Shown: one piece after another, positions 44,276 through 59,635 of the stretch
Numbering within the stretch: position 1 is the first letter of the stretch
How the letters are laid out: each line of letters opens with the position of its first letter
Assembly (NCBI GenBank): GCA_964016885.1
Contig: OZ024740.1
Coordinates: forward strand, 387,562,001 to 387,626,000
DNA length: 64,000 nucleotides
From: Eledone cirrhosa
Taxonomy: Eukaryota
Reading direction: 5' to 3'
Translations under genes and position numbers: made by a program
The notes under the pieces: generated by a model
The model's input: only the letters and a program-made list of their open reading frames with translations
The model's database searches: none
What the model was told of the DNA's origin: nothing

Positions 44276-44324
44276 GATTATACAGGACTAGAACTGTTTC
44301 ATTCTTTAGAAATCATCAGGAATC
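44276..44324 (-). ncRNA. hammerhead ribozyme in a PLE-type terminus (44260-44770)
   Basis: Reverse complement reads gattc-CTGATGA-t ttc taaa gaa t-GAAA-cag ttctagtc ctg-TA-taatc. Confidence 0.6.
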
Positions 44325-44769
44325 TGGGTATCAAAAAATAAGTATGGTATTTATAGGTCTCTACAAGTGGTAGGAGAGGGTGGGGAGTGGGATGGGTGTA
44401 GGTCATTGGTTGATATAAAAGGGAATTCATTAAAAGCTAATTCAACAAAGCTATAGTTTATTTTTATTTTTAGAGTAACAAATGCAGAAAGAATTCTATA
44501 AACAGGTTCAGGATGGCATGCCACTCCTTATTATTAAGTTTCTCTTAAGCTAACAGGTGTCTATAAGATCAGTGGGGGTCAGTCATGGTAGATAGATTTA
44601 AAGGAAAGGGAGATTCTTTAAAAGCTAAATTCTTTAAGGTTCTACTAAGTGACAAAGGTTTAGAGAATTCTGTAGACAAATTCAAAATATTGAGTGCATA
44701 TCTTACAATTATCTTCAAATTTCTCTTAAACTATTCAACTATATGCCAAAAATCAACAGACACATTCAC

Positions 44770-45777
<1,008 letters not shown>

Positions 45778-46123
45778 CTTCCGACCATCTCTTCATGGAA
45801 TACTCGTATGTGGAACTTGACCACCACGGAATCTACTAAACATCATAGGAATTTACCAACATTTCAACCATCCTCTTACGGAATCACCCATATAACTCAC
45901 CCACACACACACCCCCCAAACATTTTTTTCTCCACACGCCACCTACACCCACAACACGCTTAAACTTCACACACACGTGCTTTCCACCACATATTTACAC
46001 CCTCAGCCTCCTGATTCTTCTCCCCCCACCCCTCTATCCACACACGCACAGACACTCCGACCTACAACCCCCCCACACACACCTCTTCCTGAACATGCAA
46101 CCCCGTTCTTCCCCCAACCCTTA

Positions 46124-46202
<79 letters not shown>

Positions 46203-46624
46203 ACACCTACACACACACACACCACCGTCAGCCCTCCCCGCTCGGACACCCCGTCTCCCTCTCCCCATTCCACCTGCCACCACCCCTACACACCCCACAT
46301 CCTTCCACCACCTGTTTTACCCCTTTTTAATTTCAGTTTATTTTGATCATGCTTTTATATATAATTTTATTTCATTCCTTGTATTTTGATCATGCTTTAT
46401 TTTTATTTTTATTTTTAATTTCATTCGCACCGTTTCCTTTCGCTATATGTCTCTCCACCACTCCCCGACACACCCTTTGAACTCTGTTCCCACACACTTC
46501 TCACCTGAGGAAGGGCTTATGCCCGAAACGTCGTTCCCCACCACCACCCACTCTCCAGAGCGTGAAATTAATAAACATTCGTTGTACTGCCTCTCTGTTT
46601 TGTTCCTGTTCAAATTTTTCCATT
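45778..46624 (+). mobile_element. PLE 3' UTR/pLTR with minimal hammerhead
   Basis: CTGAGGA-agggc ttat gccc-GAAA-cg-TC at 46505-46532, followed by AATAAA and (TA)n. Second copy on the minus strand at about 53850-54050 (CTGAAGA core at about 53963-53969). Confidence 0.7.
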
Positions 46625-46718
46625 ATATATATATATATATATACATACACACACATATATATATAAATATATACACATATACACACATATACACACATAC
46701 ATACACACACACACACAC

Positions 46719-46777
<59 letters not shown>

Positions 46778-46862
46778 TATACACATATACACACACACAT
46801 ACACACATATACATACATATATATACATATATATACACATATACACATATATACGTACACAC

Positions 46863-46897
<35 letters not shown>

Positions 46898-47005
46898 TAT
46901 ATATATACACATATATACACACACACACATATATAAATAATAAATAAATAAATAAATGCACACACAGAGAGAGAACCACACAAACACATACACACAAATA
47001 CCCCC

Positions 47006-47096
<91 letters not shown>

Positions 47097-47264
47097 ACAC
47101 ATATATACACACATACACACAATATATACATATATATACATATACACACACATACACATATATATGATGGCTGCCCCCTCGTTATCGAGTATGGCCATTG
47201 CACGAGAAGAAAAAAATAAAAAAATAAATAAAAATATAAAATAAAATATAATAAAATAAAATAA

Positions 47265-47296
<32 letters not shown>

Positions 47297-47315
47297 TAAT
47301 AATAATAAAAAAAAG

Positions 47316-47351
<36 letters not shown>

Positions 47352-47567
47352 CACACATATATACATACACACATACATACACATACACACACACATATAC
47401 ACACACACACACATACATTAATAACAATAATAATAATAATAATAATAATAGCAATAATAATAATAACGACAACAACAATAATAATATACATATTCATATA
47501 TATATACACACACACGCACGCACATAAGCATATCTACACACACACACACATACACACACGATAACAA

Positions 47568-50169
47568 CTAACAGTGCTGCGATCGAATGTGGCTTTTTAG
47601 CCCAGCCAATGATCTACAATGTCTTGCACAGAGTCGGCAACCAAAACATTCACTGGGAATAGTCGGCTGTGGTTGGAGTTCGTGTACTTTTGCATGTCGC
47701 TTGAGCCCTCCTGCTGATTTACATTCTCTACCACATGTTTGGCAAGCATGATGAGTAACATCTCCAACAGCAGCCTGGTAGTCAACCACTGGTCTTACTT
47801 TATGACTGCGAAGATGACTTTCGAGTCCAGCTTTGCTTAGGCAGAGTCTCGCACAGACGCTGCATGTCAGCACCATAGGAGGGCCCTCGCCGTCTGGAAG
47901 TGCAACAGCAATGCCCTTCCTCACATCCCGCTTTACTTTCTCGTGTGCCATTCGAGATGCCTCAAAGGCAACTTTTCCCTCATATACAGTCTTTCTCCAT
48001 TTATTACAATCAACAGCAATATTTTCCCATGTATCAGCAGAGATGTTAGCGTCTTTCAGAGAGGCTTTCAAGGAATCCTTATACCTCCTTTTTGGTTTAT
48101 GTGGCGGTCGTTTTCCTTTAACCAACTCTCCATAGAAGAGTTGTTTTGGTATTCTAGAATCCTTCATCCTGGCAAGGTGACCACTCCAACGGAGTCGTTG
48201 CTTAAGCACAAGAGCTTCTATACTGTCACACATAGAGCTTTCCAAAATCTCGACATCACTGATGTGGTCCCTCCAGTGAACGCCATGGATCCGTCTGAGA
48301 CACATCTGATGGAAACGCTCCAATTGCTTAAGGTGGTGTCGATATGTGACCCGGGTCTCGCAGGCATAAAGAAGACAAGAGAGTACACATGCCCTGTACA
48401 CCTTTACCTTTGTCCTCCTGCATATGTCTCGCCGACCCCAGAGTCGCCTTTCTAGCTTTCCGAAAGCATCACTTGCTTTCCTAATCCTAAGTGAGATTTC
48501 ACTGTCAAGGTTGCCGTATCGATTGACAGTGCTTTCCAGGTAGACAAACTGATCAACCACTCCAAGTCGTTTGCCATACACATAGATGTTTGGTTCAGTG
48601 TACTGCTTACTAGGGGCAGGTTGGTACATGACGACGGTTTTCTTGAGACTGACAGTCAAACCCAGGGCAGTGCAAGCGTCAGAAAATGCATTCAAAATGT
48701 GCTGCATATCACTCTCTGTGTGCGCTACAAGATCGCAATCATCTGCATACAAGAGGTCTCTTATGATTGATGTAAATACTTTTGTCTTCGCAGCAAAGCG
48801 CCTGATGTTAAATATGCTGCCTGAGGTTCGATATCGGATGTAAACATCATGCTCACAATTCCTGAATGCAATACAGAAAACCATTGCAAAGTATATGGCA
48901 AACAGGGTCTGTGCTGGAATATCACCCTGTTTCACTCCATTTTTTACTGAGATAGGCTCCGACATGTTACCTCCGACATTAACCCAAGCCTTCATGTCGT
49001 CATGGAAAGACCTAACTAAAGCAAGGAACTTATCAGGGCAACCAAGTTTCTGGAGAACCTTCCATAATGCCTCTCTGTTGACAGTATCGAAAGCCTTTGT
49101 CAGATCGACAAAAACCTGATACAGATCCAAGCCTTGTTCAATGCACTTCTCCTGGAGCTGTCTAGCTGAGAAGATCATATCAGTAGTGCCGCGTCCAGCA
49201 CGAAAACCAGATTGACTTTCAGGAAGAACACAATCTGCAATGTGTGTCAGCAGACGGTCCAGAAGCACCCTACATAAAACTTTCCCTACAACAGAAAGCA
49301 ATGATATACCTCTGTAGTTCCCACAATCATTCCTGTTACCCTTTCCCTTGTACAAGACCACCATTACTGCATCTCTCCAGTCCTCAGGTATGGATTCATT
49401 AGCCCATATCCTGCCAAACAAAGAGTGCAGATGTTGCAGGAGTCTCTCACCACCATAGTGTAGGAGCTCAGCATGTATGCCATCCATACCTGGAGATCTT
49501 CCACTGTTCAGCTTCGAAATAGCCACTGCAACCTCCACAAGCGTCGGAGGTTCTGCGAGAGCTACTTTCACAGGACTTTCTGGAATGAGATTGAGGAAAT
49601 CTTCACTGACGACAGACGGCTGATTCAAAAGATCATCAAAGTGCTCTCGCCACCTTCGTAGAATTCCCTGTGAGTCACGAAGAAGTTCTTTGCCATCCTT
49701 GCTGCGAAGCGGTGTCACCAGAGAAGAAGACGGTCCATAAACCTCACGCAAGAGACTGTACAACAGCTTTGTGTTATTGCAATCAGACGCAGTTTGTATC
49801 TCACCAGCCTTCTCACTCCACCACTGATCCTTCATCTGAGAAAGACTCTGCCTAACACGTGATTTTACATCCCTGAGCTCCTCATGCAACGTATTCCTCT
49901 CTTGTGGTTTTGCCGTCAAGTAGCGTGACAGAGCACGCCTCTTATCAGCCAACAAGTCTTCTATATGTACATCATTCTCATTAAACCAGTCCTGATGTTT
50001 TCTCTGCACCAATCCCAGAACACGCCTGCCTACATCATAAACCGACTTTTTAAGGGTCGGCCAATCCTCACCAAGATCTGCAGCCTGCATCTCTTCTTCC
50101 AATGTCCTCTTCACATTTTTGTCCTTAAGACGAGCAGCATTCAATCTTTTGGGCAGGGTAACACCAGGA

Positions 50170-50174
<5 letters not shown>
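47568..50174 (-). CDS. RTE (BovB-like) LINE ORF, 5'-truncated but uninterrupted; RT plus three C-terminal C2H2 fingers
   Basis: [72 protein letters not shown]2H2 motifs CSVC..HLRSH, CQTC..HAKVH, CRLC..HIRSQH. The N-terminal IY repeat of the listed ORF is only (TA)n. Confidence 0.92.
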
Positions 50175-50253
<79 letters not shown>

Positions 50254-50268
50254 CATACATACACATAC

Positions 50269-50309
<41 letters not shown>

Positions 50310-50958
50310 TATATATATATATAAATTTTAGTACAGCATAGACGAAGCTCTAGTATACGGCCAAGCTAGCGTGTATGCTTATTCGGTTTGTAGCTTTAGC
50401 ACTCATATGAGGTAAGACCCCAGAGTATAACATTATGTTCAGACAGCTTAGCAAATTAGATATAGCAGTCGGCAGTCGGACCGCATCACTAGAGCAACGA
50501 AAATACAGGACCCAGGTAAAGATTTTTTACTGACCTGGACATAACGCTGAGGCTGGGTGTAAAATATACAATCCACATGGTGTTTCCACAATATTGATCG
50601 CAATATCGCACGCAGCGACAGCGCTAAGTTTCTGCAAATCCATGATCGACAAATTCCTATTGCAGGAGTCTGCAATATAATGGTTTTTGACGACAGAACA
50701 TAGGATTTACTTCTTCAGCAAGTCTTTCGTTCTTAGCCAAAGCGGGTATGCTGTGACTTTAAAGGTCGCCACAGACACATGGTTTTGTTCGAAGGGAGGT
50801 AACCCCCGCTTAGGCGGTGTATTCTAATTTGAGATAAAGGAATGAATCCCCTTATTCAAACCGAATAAAGCACTCGACTAGAAGTTATCACACAAAATTA
50901 AACAATTAATTAATCAATAGAATCATCAAATAAAATTAATCGTTAATTCTAGGAGTAA

Positions 50959-51055
<97 letters not shown>

Positions 51056-51350
51056 TACACATATACATGTGCACACATACACATACATACACATACATAT
51101 ACATACACATACATATACACACATACACACAAATATATACACATTATACACATACAAATAAATAAGTACTCAATAAATATACGCATATACACAGGCACAT
51201 AAAAACAGCTCTACAGGCAGAAAATGCAGATAGGTAAGAGGTACACACATAACCATAGTGGCCGTATTTCAGGTTGAGGAGGGGTGGGGGTAAGGTGGGA
51301 AGGAGGTATAGGGGCCAATAGGAGGAGGTCGTTTTTAGCCATCGGGCTTT

Positions 51351-51384
<34 letters not shown>

Positions 51385-52178
51385 TATGCTTGTATGTCGG
51401 CGTCTATATACGTATGTTTGCATGCATGAATGAATACACTAAGCTTTAGATTTAGTAGAATGTACAACCACCAATTCCAGCTATTTGCACTCTCGTATAT
51501 TTTGGTTTCTAGTAATTCCCTGGGGGATTGGTTGACCAAATGCTTTGCTTAATTGTTTTATTTATTTTTTTAAATATTTTATTTTTCCTCTTAGATTTCA
51601 GGTATTTTTTGAAAGCAAAGCATTGGCCCCTAAAATACTACAGTGGGCCCTGCAATGCTACGGTATGCTCTTACCCAATGGCAAGTGGGCCCCGGGGCCC
51701 ACTTGCCATTGGGCAACCTGGCAACCCGGCCAGTCCGCCACTGTGTATGTATATATATTGTTAGTTCAAGGAGACAACAAACTGAGGTACAAAAAGTCTT
51801 ATTTCTACGCTTTATATGGAAAAGAGAAAAGAAAGATCGACATGTCAGGCTTTACTATTTTTATATTAGGACAACGTAGCCCTCCACAAATACAACACTA
51901 TCTCATTTGCATATGAAGCTGTATAAGTTAGAATTTAGCATCGAGCATAGCTGTGTACAGATATGTATTGTAATTTCGTATTTCTAAAGAAATACGGTAT
52001 GTTTAGAAATAAACATTTAGAAAGTCGTAGCTATACAGAAACACTGGCAGCTATCGCCACCTGGTGGGGTCCAGCAGAAGCAAGGGGGACGATCGTCCTC
52101 GTCAGGATGATCTTTCTCGCTCTTGCAGCTGCTGGACTTCGAAAACGGGCGAGATTATTCGAAGCTAAAGTCTAATTC

Positions 52179-52240
<62 letters not shown>

Positions 52241-52261
52241 CTCTCTCTCTCTCTCTTTCTA

Positions 52262-52425
<164 letters not shown>

Positions 52426-52486
52426 GCTGAATAGATTTATGCACAACTTCATATGGCTTTCGCTAATACTTACTGTCCTGTATATG

Positions 52487-52544
<58 letters not shown>

Positions 52545-52546
<2 letters not shown>

Positions 52547-53156
52547 GTAGGAGGTGAGTTTTATTGTAGTACAATAAAGCAATGCAGATATCGGATAAGA
52601 AGCACTCTACAGTTTTTTGACGTTAGAATATTCATCCGCAATTCATTATTTTATTCTCTCTATCATCTAACTCATTATTCTAAATACATATTAACTCCCA
52701 CTCCTTCGTCGCACATATTTTTCCCTTCGTTAATTTTCAAATTCTTTTAATTTATACATTATCTTCCAACGGTTTTCAACCTCTCTATGTAAAACAATAT
52801 ATCTTTCTCAGTTATAAAAACTATCTCTCTCTCTCTATCACCCATCTCTCCTCCTATCTCATCCTTCCTCATTATATTCCTCCCTCTCATCTCACCTTCA
52901 CTCTCATCTCCTCCTCTTTTTTTCATCCTTTCCACCCCCCACCCTCTAAATGAAATATTTTTCCCAATATCACACATCAATCTAAAACTACTTCTCATAT
53001 GTTGATTTAAAACTGCACTATCCACAAGTGTTTTTTAACCTTCATATCATGTCCTCCTGTTTTATCTGATGAAAACACAAATATTATTGCATGATGATGT
53101 TTGTTTTTGAAATGCGCATAATAAAATACATGGAACTCCTTTAACCATCTTTTGTT

Positions 53157-53160
<4 letters not shown>
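52545..53160. mobile_element. PLE family A short insertion: inverted tail plus 3' end
   Basis: 52545-52615 is the minus-strand tail. 52616-53160 is the plus-strand pLTR with an HHR at 53060-53126. Same two termini as 12321-14855. Confidence 0.85.
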
Positions 53161-53224
<64 letters not shown>

Positions 53225-54187
53225 AATAAGGGCGCTGCGGAGTTGCAAATGGGTTACATATGAAAAAAGTTTGTCCTTCATCAGTGATCTTCCAACCATC
53301 ATAGGCATTTCATCGCTTTAAAGACCATATACCTCCGGTTGGTGCGAGCAACAGCTAAAAAAAGTCGTTGGGACACGTAAATAAAGGGGACGCGAGGGTA
53401 AACAAACTAAATGGTGAAGCAACAGAAAGTGAGGAAGAAAGTGACAAGTCCCAGATTTCTATGAATTTAAGTTCGGTGAAATCGTGAACGAGAGAATAAA
53501 GACCATCAAACCTGGTTGAAATGTGAGCAAGGAAGGAATTTCGCACAGGTCTAACGGGAGGAAGAAGGGGTCTGGTCTGCGAATCTGGTAAACATAAGTT
53601 CTGTGAAATCGTAGACGAGAGAGAGAAAAAATTCCGACCAGCTTGGCCGAGAATGTGAGAGAAAAGAATTACTCACAGGTCAAACGGGAAGAAAGAGGAG
53701 GAGGAGAGGTAGTGACAGAGAATGAGTGAGTGAAGGGTGAGGAAGAGGCTAACAGAGAGAGAGACTGCTAGAAAGGGTAAAGATACATAGAACGAAAAAG
53801 ACGAGTAGCAGCAGAGGAAAAAATATGTGTAAATATATATATATATATATAATAAAAAATTGAACAGGGACAGAACAGAGAGGCAGTACGACAAATGTTT
53901 ATTAGATTCACGCTCAGGAGAGTGGGGGGTAGGTGGAGGACGACGTTTCGGGCATAAGCCCTTCTTCAGGTAAGAGTTCAAAAGGTGTGTAGGGGAGTGG
54001 TGGAGAGACATATAGCGAAAGGAAACGGTGCGAATGAAAAATTAACAAATAAAGACAAAAATATAATAAATAATAAATAAATATATATATATATATATAT
54101 ATAAGTTTATCCCGGGTTCAATCGGGGGTAACCACAGTAAGTAAGGTACTCAATACAAAGCAGAGTATAAATATTTAATATAGAAAA

Positions 54188-54415
<228 letters not shown>

Positions 54416-54416
54416 G

Positions 54417-54655
54417 TTATACTTTGGGAGGGTCATGTTGCCAGTAAGAAACACACGCACCAGTTGCTTTCACTTTAATTTATTATAATAAATTTATAAA
54501 TTTAGGAATTTATAAATTTATTATAATAAATTGAAGTGAAAGCAACTGGTGCGTGTGTTTCTTATTGGCAACATGACCCTCCCAAGGTATAAAAATATCG
54601 GTTTCAACACACGTTTTCAGATAAAGAATCTTGCTAAACAAATTCAGAAACGAAA
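54417..54655. mobile_element. inverted pair of PLE family C termini
   Basis: Both arms match 15910-16060 and face outward into (TA)n. Confidence 0.85.
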
Positions 54656-54821
54656 TATATATATATATATATATATATAGGAAAAGAGTCAGGACCACGA
54701 CGGTTGAGCTCTGGCCGTTTCGACAGCTAGATCCGAACGGATCTTTTCCTATTACCCACTCTACGTATTAAATACTCTGCTGCGTTATGGGTCCACCTGG
54801 TATCTTACCACACCCTCTTTG

Positions 54822-54984
<163 letters not shown>

Positions 54985-55116
54985 CTGGTGTATAATGGTA
55001 GCTATGGTGCTTCCATAGGCGGTATGCCAAAATTAGCACTCAATATTCAGCAGAGTAGAGTGTAGATAGTATAAAGAAAACGAAAATTCATTGATGCATC
55101 TGGACTCAATTTATTG

Positions 55117-55207
55117 CGTGTTACAATTGTTTCGCCGGCAGGTAGCTCGAAACATGGTCCCTGTATGGATCTGGCTGATTCTACAGCTGCAGGTTTCTTC
55201 AGACACG
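55117..55207 (-). ncRNA. type I hammerhead with extended stem II region (pLTR of another family, 54985-55242)
   Basis: Reverse complement reads cgtgt-CTGAAGA-[~60 nt]-GAAA-caattg-TA-acacg, followed by AATAAA. Confidence 0.7.
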
Positions 55208-55242
55208 GGTAGTTCGTTCGGAGCAAATTTTATCACTGGGGT

Positions 55243-58200
55243 GAGAAAAGGATTTTAAATTGATAAAGTATTAGATATTAGCTGTATACTTTATGGAATG
55301 TTCTGTGGAATTTATGCAAGCAGAGAGAAAACAAGTCAGTGCGTCTATTTATTATAGAATCTAAATTAGATATAATGGTAAATTTTTCACATAAACAGAG
55401 ATTGCATGTCTTGGATAGAGAACTATTCAAGTATGGAGAAGCAGAACAAACCTTCTTCCAAGAGATGTTATAGTTAATATTTTTGTCTTTCAAGGACCAT
55501 ATGAGTTCTGAGAGTGCCGTGTTGGTTCTTTTAAGTTGGTATTTAAAAGACGAATGATGATTATAAAGACGAGCTTTAAAGGAGGTGGAAGTGGAGCCAA
55601 AATAGGTAAAGGAATTGGTGTCAAAACTAAAACTACTTTTCATATGTTGATTTAAAACTGCACTATTCACAAGTGTGCTTTAACCTTCATATCATGTCTC
55701 CCTATTTTATCTGACGAAAACGCAAATGTTATTGCATGATGATATTTGTTTTTGAAATGCGCATAATAATGGAACCCTTAATACATGGAACTCATAATAC
55801 ATGGAACTCATAATACATGGAACTCATAATACATGGAACTCTTTTAACCATCTTTTGATCTTATATATTATTTATACTCCAGTCCTACTTATCCGATATC
55901 TGCATTGCTTTATTGTACTACAATAAAACTCACCTCCTACATTAACTTGCTCCTTAACGGTTGAGCGCTAACTCACATATTGGATACCTTTTGATGGTCC
56001 TTTACTTTTTCTTCTACAACATGGATTATTACAACATAACCACTTCAACTAAAGACATGCCTATACCTGGTAAATCTGAATTCACCAAACTTCTAATTGA
56101 AAAAACTGACTCCTTTGTAAGAAGGCTTAGATGGATAGCTTATTTCTATGACTAGCGCCTAAAAGGGAACTTCTATAACAAAGAACATAACTTCCTTGAT
56201 CATCTATTTAATTCTAGAAGAAATCCTCCTTCCAACAAAAATCTAGTGCAATTCGAGGAGGAGTTAACTAACATTATAAAAAATCTTAAATTCAAGAGAA
56301 ACCCTTACAGAGGACAAGAGCACCTTGTAAATCTCAAGAAAACAATTTCAAACCTAAATTCCTCAAAAAATATTTTAGTCCACTCTGACAAAACAAATAA
56401 TTTATATGGTATTTCTAAGGATAACTATAACAACCGTATCCTAAAGGAACTTAGGAAAAAATATCGCAAAACCAACCATGATAATTTAGAATCCATAAAC
56501 TTTGAAGCTTCTGAGATTATGTCAAAACTTGGCATCGGAAAAAACACCGAACCATTCCTCCCAAGAACTCCGAGGATAAATCTCAAGGATCACAAAAACA
56601 ATTTTCGTACTGAACTACCTGTTAGACTAATCGCCCCCTCTAAATCAGATCTGGGGGTTGTTAGCAAAGCCATCTTGGATAGAATTATCCCACAGGTTCG
56701 TTCTAATTGCTCTTCTTTGAACTTAAATTTATGGTTTGGTACTTCTGAAGTGATTGGCTGGTTCAACAAATTGAATAAGAAAAATAAACAAAAATTTATT
56801 CAATTTGATATTGCCAGCTACTATTCTTCTATTTCGCCCTCACTTCTCAACAATGCTCTATCTTTCGCTTACAAATATTCAGACATCACCACAGATGAAC
56901 TTCACATCATTCTCACCGCATGCAAAACCATTCTAGAGTTCAACAATGAATATTGGACCAGAGCTGATACCTCTAACAACTTTGACATCACAATGGGAGC
57001 ATCCGATTCATCCCAATAGACAGATTTAATTGGTATCTTTATTTTGAACTCTTTGAATCGGAAAATTCCTCAACTTCGCGGTGGAATTTATCGTGACGAT
57101 GGACTCTTTACTATCTTAAATTGCAACATAGTTAACCTTAATATTATTAAGAACAATATACGTAATCTCTTTAACCAACATAACTTAAAAATTGAATTTG
57201 ATAACAGCATCAAACTAGCTAACTTCTTGGATGTATCTTTTAATCTTGACACTGGCCTATATTACCCTTACCATAAAAACAATGAGAACCTAAATTATGT
57301 TAATTTTAAATCTAACCACCCCACTAATATTAAGAAAGCTATAGTTAGTAATATTGGAAAAAGAATATCTAACCTATCTTCTAATAAAAACATCTTTGAT
57401 GCTAACGCCAATTACTATAATAACGCGCTTTCTAAAGCCGGTTATCCTGATAAAATCAAATATAGTAAAGAAACAAATTCTATAAGATCTTACAGTAGAA
57501 TAATTAATCATGATCATTCCAATAACTTTAATAAAGGACCTAGATACAAAAACATAATCTGGTATAATGCTCCTTTCTCCATCTCTATTAATAATAATAT
57601 TCCTAAATTATTCTTTAGTGCCTTAAATAAATGCTTCACTCCCTCACATATCTATAGTAAAATATTTAACAAACACACTACAAAATTTTCTTATTCGACC
57701 TCCTCCAACATCTCCAACATTATCTCTAAACACAACAATAAAATACTAAATACTAAATCTCTTCCTTCCAACACGGAATATCATAATAATAGTAATAGTA
57801 CTCCCGACGTCATTGTTAACTCTAGGCTAATTTCTGCAAACCCAAATACAACGTCAAACGCAACTTCGTTAAATGTTCTTAATCCCATTCTAAATCAAGA
57901 AACTATTATTCCTATCGTAAATAACTTCTCCAATCCAATTCCTTCTATAGATAACACTAGGTTACTTGTTAATAACTCTGTTAATTTCTCTAATCGCAAT
58001 TGCAATTGCCCTGTTCAAAATAAATGTCCTCTCAACAACCATTGTCTTGAAAAAAACTTAATCTACGAATTTAAAGTTATAACTGACACCAATTCCTTTA
58101 CCTATTTTGGCTCCACTCCCACCTCCTTTAAAGCTCGTCTTTATAATCATCATTCGTCTTTTAAATACCAATTTAAAAGAACCAACACGGCACTCTCAGA

Positions 58201-59635
58201 ACTCATATGGTCCTTGAAAGACAAAAATATTAACTATAACATCTCTTGGAAGAAGGTTTGTTCTGCTTCTCCATACTTGAATAGTTCTCTATCCAAGACA
58301 TGCAATCTCTGTTTATGTGAAAAATTTACCATTATATCTAATTTAGATTCTATAATAAATAGACGCACTGACTTGTTTTCTCTCTGCTTGCATAAATTCC
58401 ACAGAACATCCCATAAAGTATACAGCTAATATCTAATACTTTATCAATTTAAAATCCTTTTCTCAAAGGCACACATATATATATACATATATATTTCTTT
58501 AAAAATATACCCATCTTTCTACCTTATTTCAATGTTATTTATTATACATTATATAATACTAGTTACTCATTCTATATCACTCCTATTTATCACTTCCCTT
58601 TCTTTCTTTTTTCCTTTTTTCTTTTCTTTTTTTCTTTTTCTTTTAATTTCTAACCTCTAATCTGTACCCTTTCTTCCTAGATACTTCTCAAAGGTTAACT
58701 TTGCCTTTCATCCTTACGGGGTCGATAAAATAAAGTACCAGTAATGTACTGGGTAATTGCTGGCCTTGTGCCTAAAGTAGAAACAATTATTACTCAGCAC
58801 AATATATTCTTACTTCATATCACCTTGAAAAAAATCCATCGTAAACATAAACATTTTTTTGACGTTAGATTATTCATCCTCAATTCATTATTTCTTTCTC
58901 CCTTTCATGCTCATCTAACTTATACATATTACACTTATTCATCCACTCTTCTAATTTTTTCACAATATATCCTTAATTACATTACTATTGTTATATTTTT
59001 ATATTTTTTAATAATACATATCAACAATTTCTTTCCATCGCACATATTATTAAACCCTTAAATATTATTATTAATACATAATAACAATTTCGTTTCATCG
59101 CACATATTATTAAACCCTTAAATATACAAACTTTAATTTAACATTATTCTAAAATTTTCAAATTCTTTTAATTTATATATTATCTTCCAACGGTTTTTCA
59201 ACCTCTCTATGTAAAACAATATATATTTCTCAGTTATAAAAGCTATCTCTCTCTCTCTATCATCCATCTGTCCTCCTATCTCATCCTTCCTCATTATACT
59301 CCTCGCCCTCCACTTTTTACTCTCATCTCCTCCTCTTTTTCATCCTTTCCAACTACCTCCCCCCCCTCAATTCCCCCCCCAATATCACACATCAATCTAA
59401 AACTACTTTTCATATGTTGATTTAAAACTGCACTATTCACAAGTGTGTTTTAACCTTCATATCATGTCTCCCTATTTTATCTGACGAAAACGCAAATGTT
59501 ATTGCATGATGATATTTGTTTTTGAAATGCGCATAATAAAATACATGGAACTCTTTTAACCATCTTTTGATCTTATATATTATTTATACTCCAGTCCTAC
59601 AAACTGTAGAGTGCTACTTATCCGATATCTGCATC
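55243..59635 (+). mobile_element. near-complete PLE family A: inverted fragment, 5' pLTR, ORF, 3' UTR/pLTR
   Basis: 55243-55623 is the inverse of 58084-58464. Direct pLTRs at about 55626-55910 and 59397-59635, each with an HHR. SINE fragment at about 58695-58790. Confidence 0.9.
56021..58429 (+). pseudogene. PLE polyprotein (RT plus GIY-YIG), ~800 codons, with two in-frame TAG stops
   Basis: ORFs 55961, 56246 and 57044 share one frame, with stops at 56153 and 57017. Motifs: KDMPIP, RRLRW, SDKTNNLY, LKDHK..F, FIQFDIASYYSSI, FDITMG, GGIYRDDGL, NFLDV, SNHP, IIWYNAPFS, CNC..CPL..CL..NLIY..TYFGST, CNLCLCEK. Confidence 0.9.

Noticed and set aside
56153-57019. In-frame stops in the PLE family A ORF as programmed readthrough or selenocysteine
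   Set aside because: Both are TAG rather than TGA, and the second falls at a normally hydrophobic RT position. Point mutation is the simpler explanation.
59567-59635. N-terminus of the listed 389-aa ORF
   Set aside because: It is family A pLTR tail sequence that happens to be in frame with the truncated family B RT.
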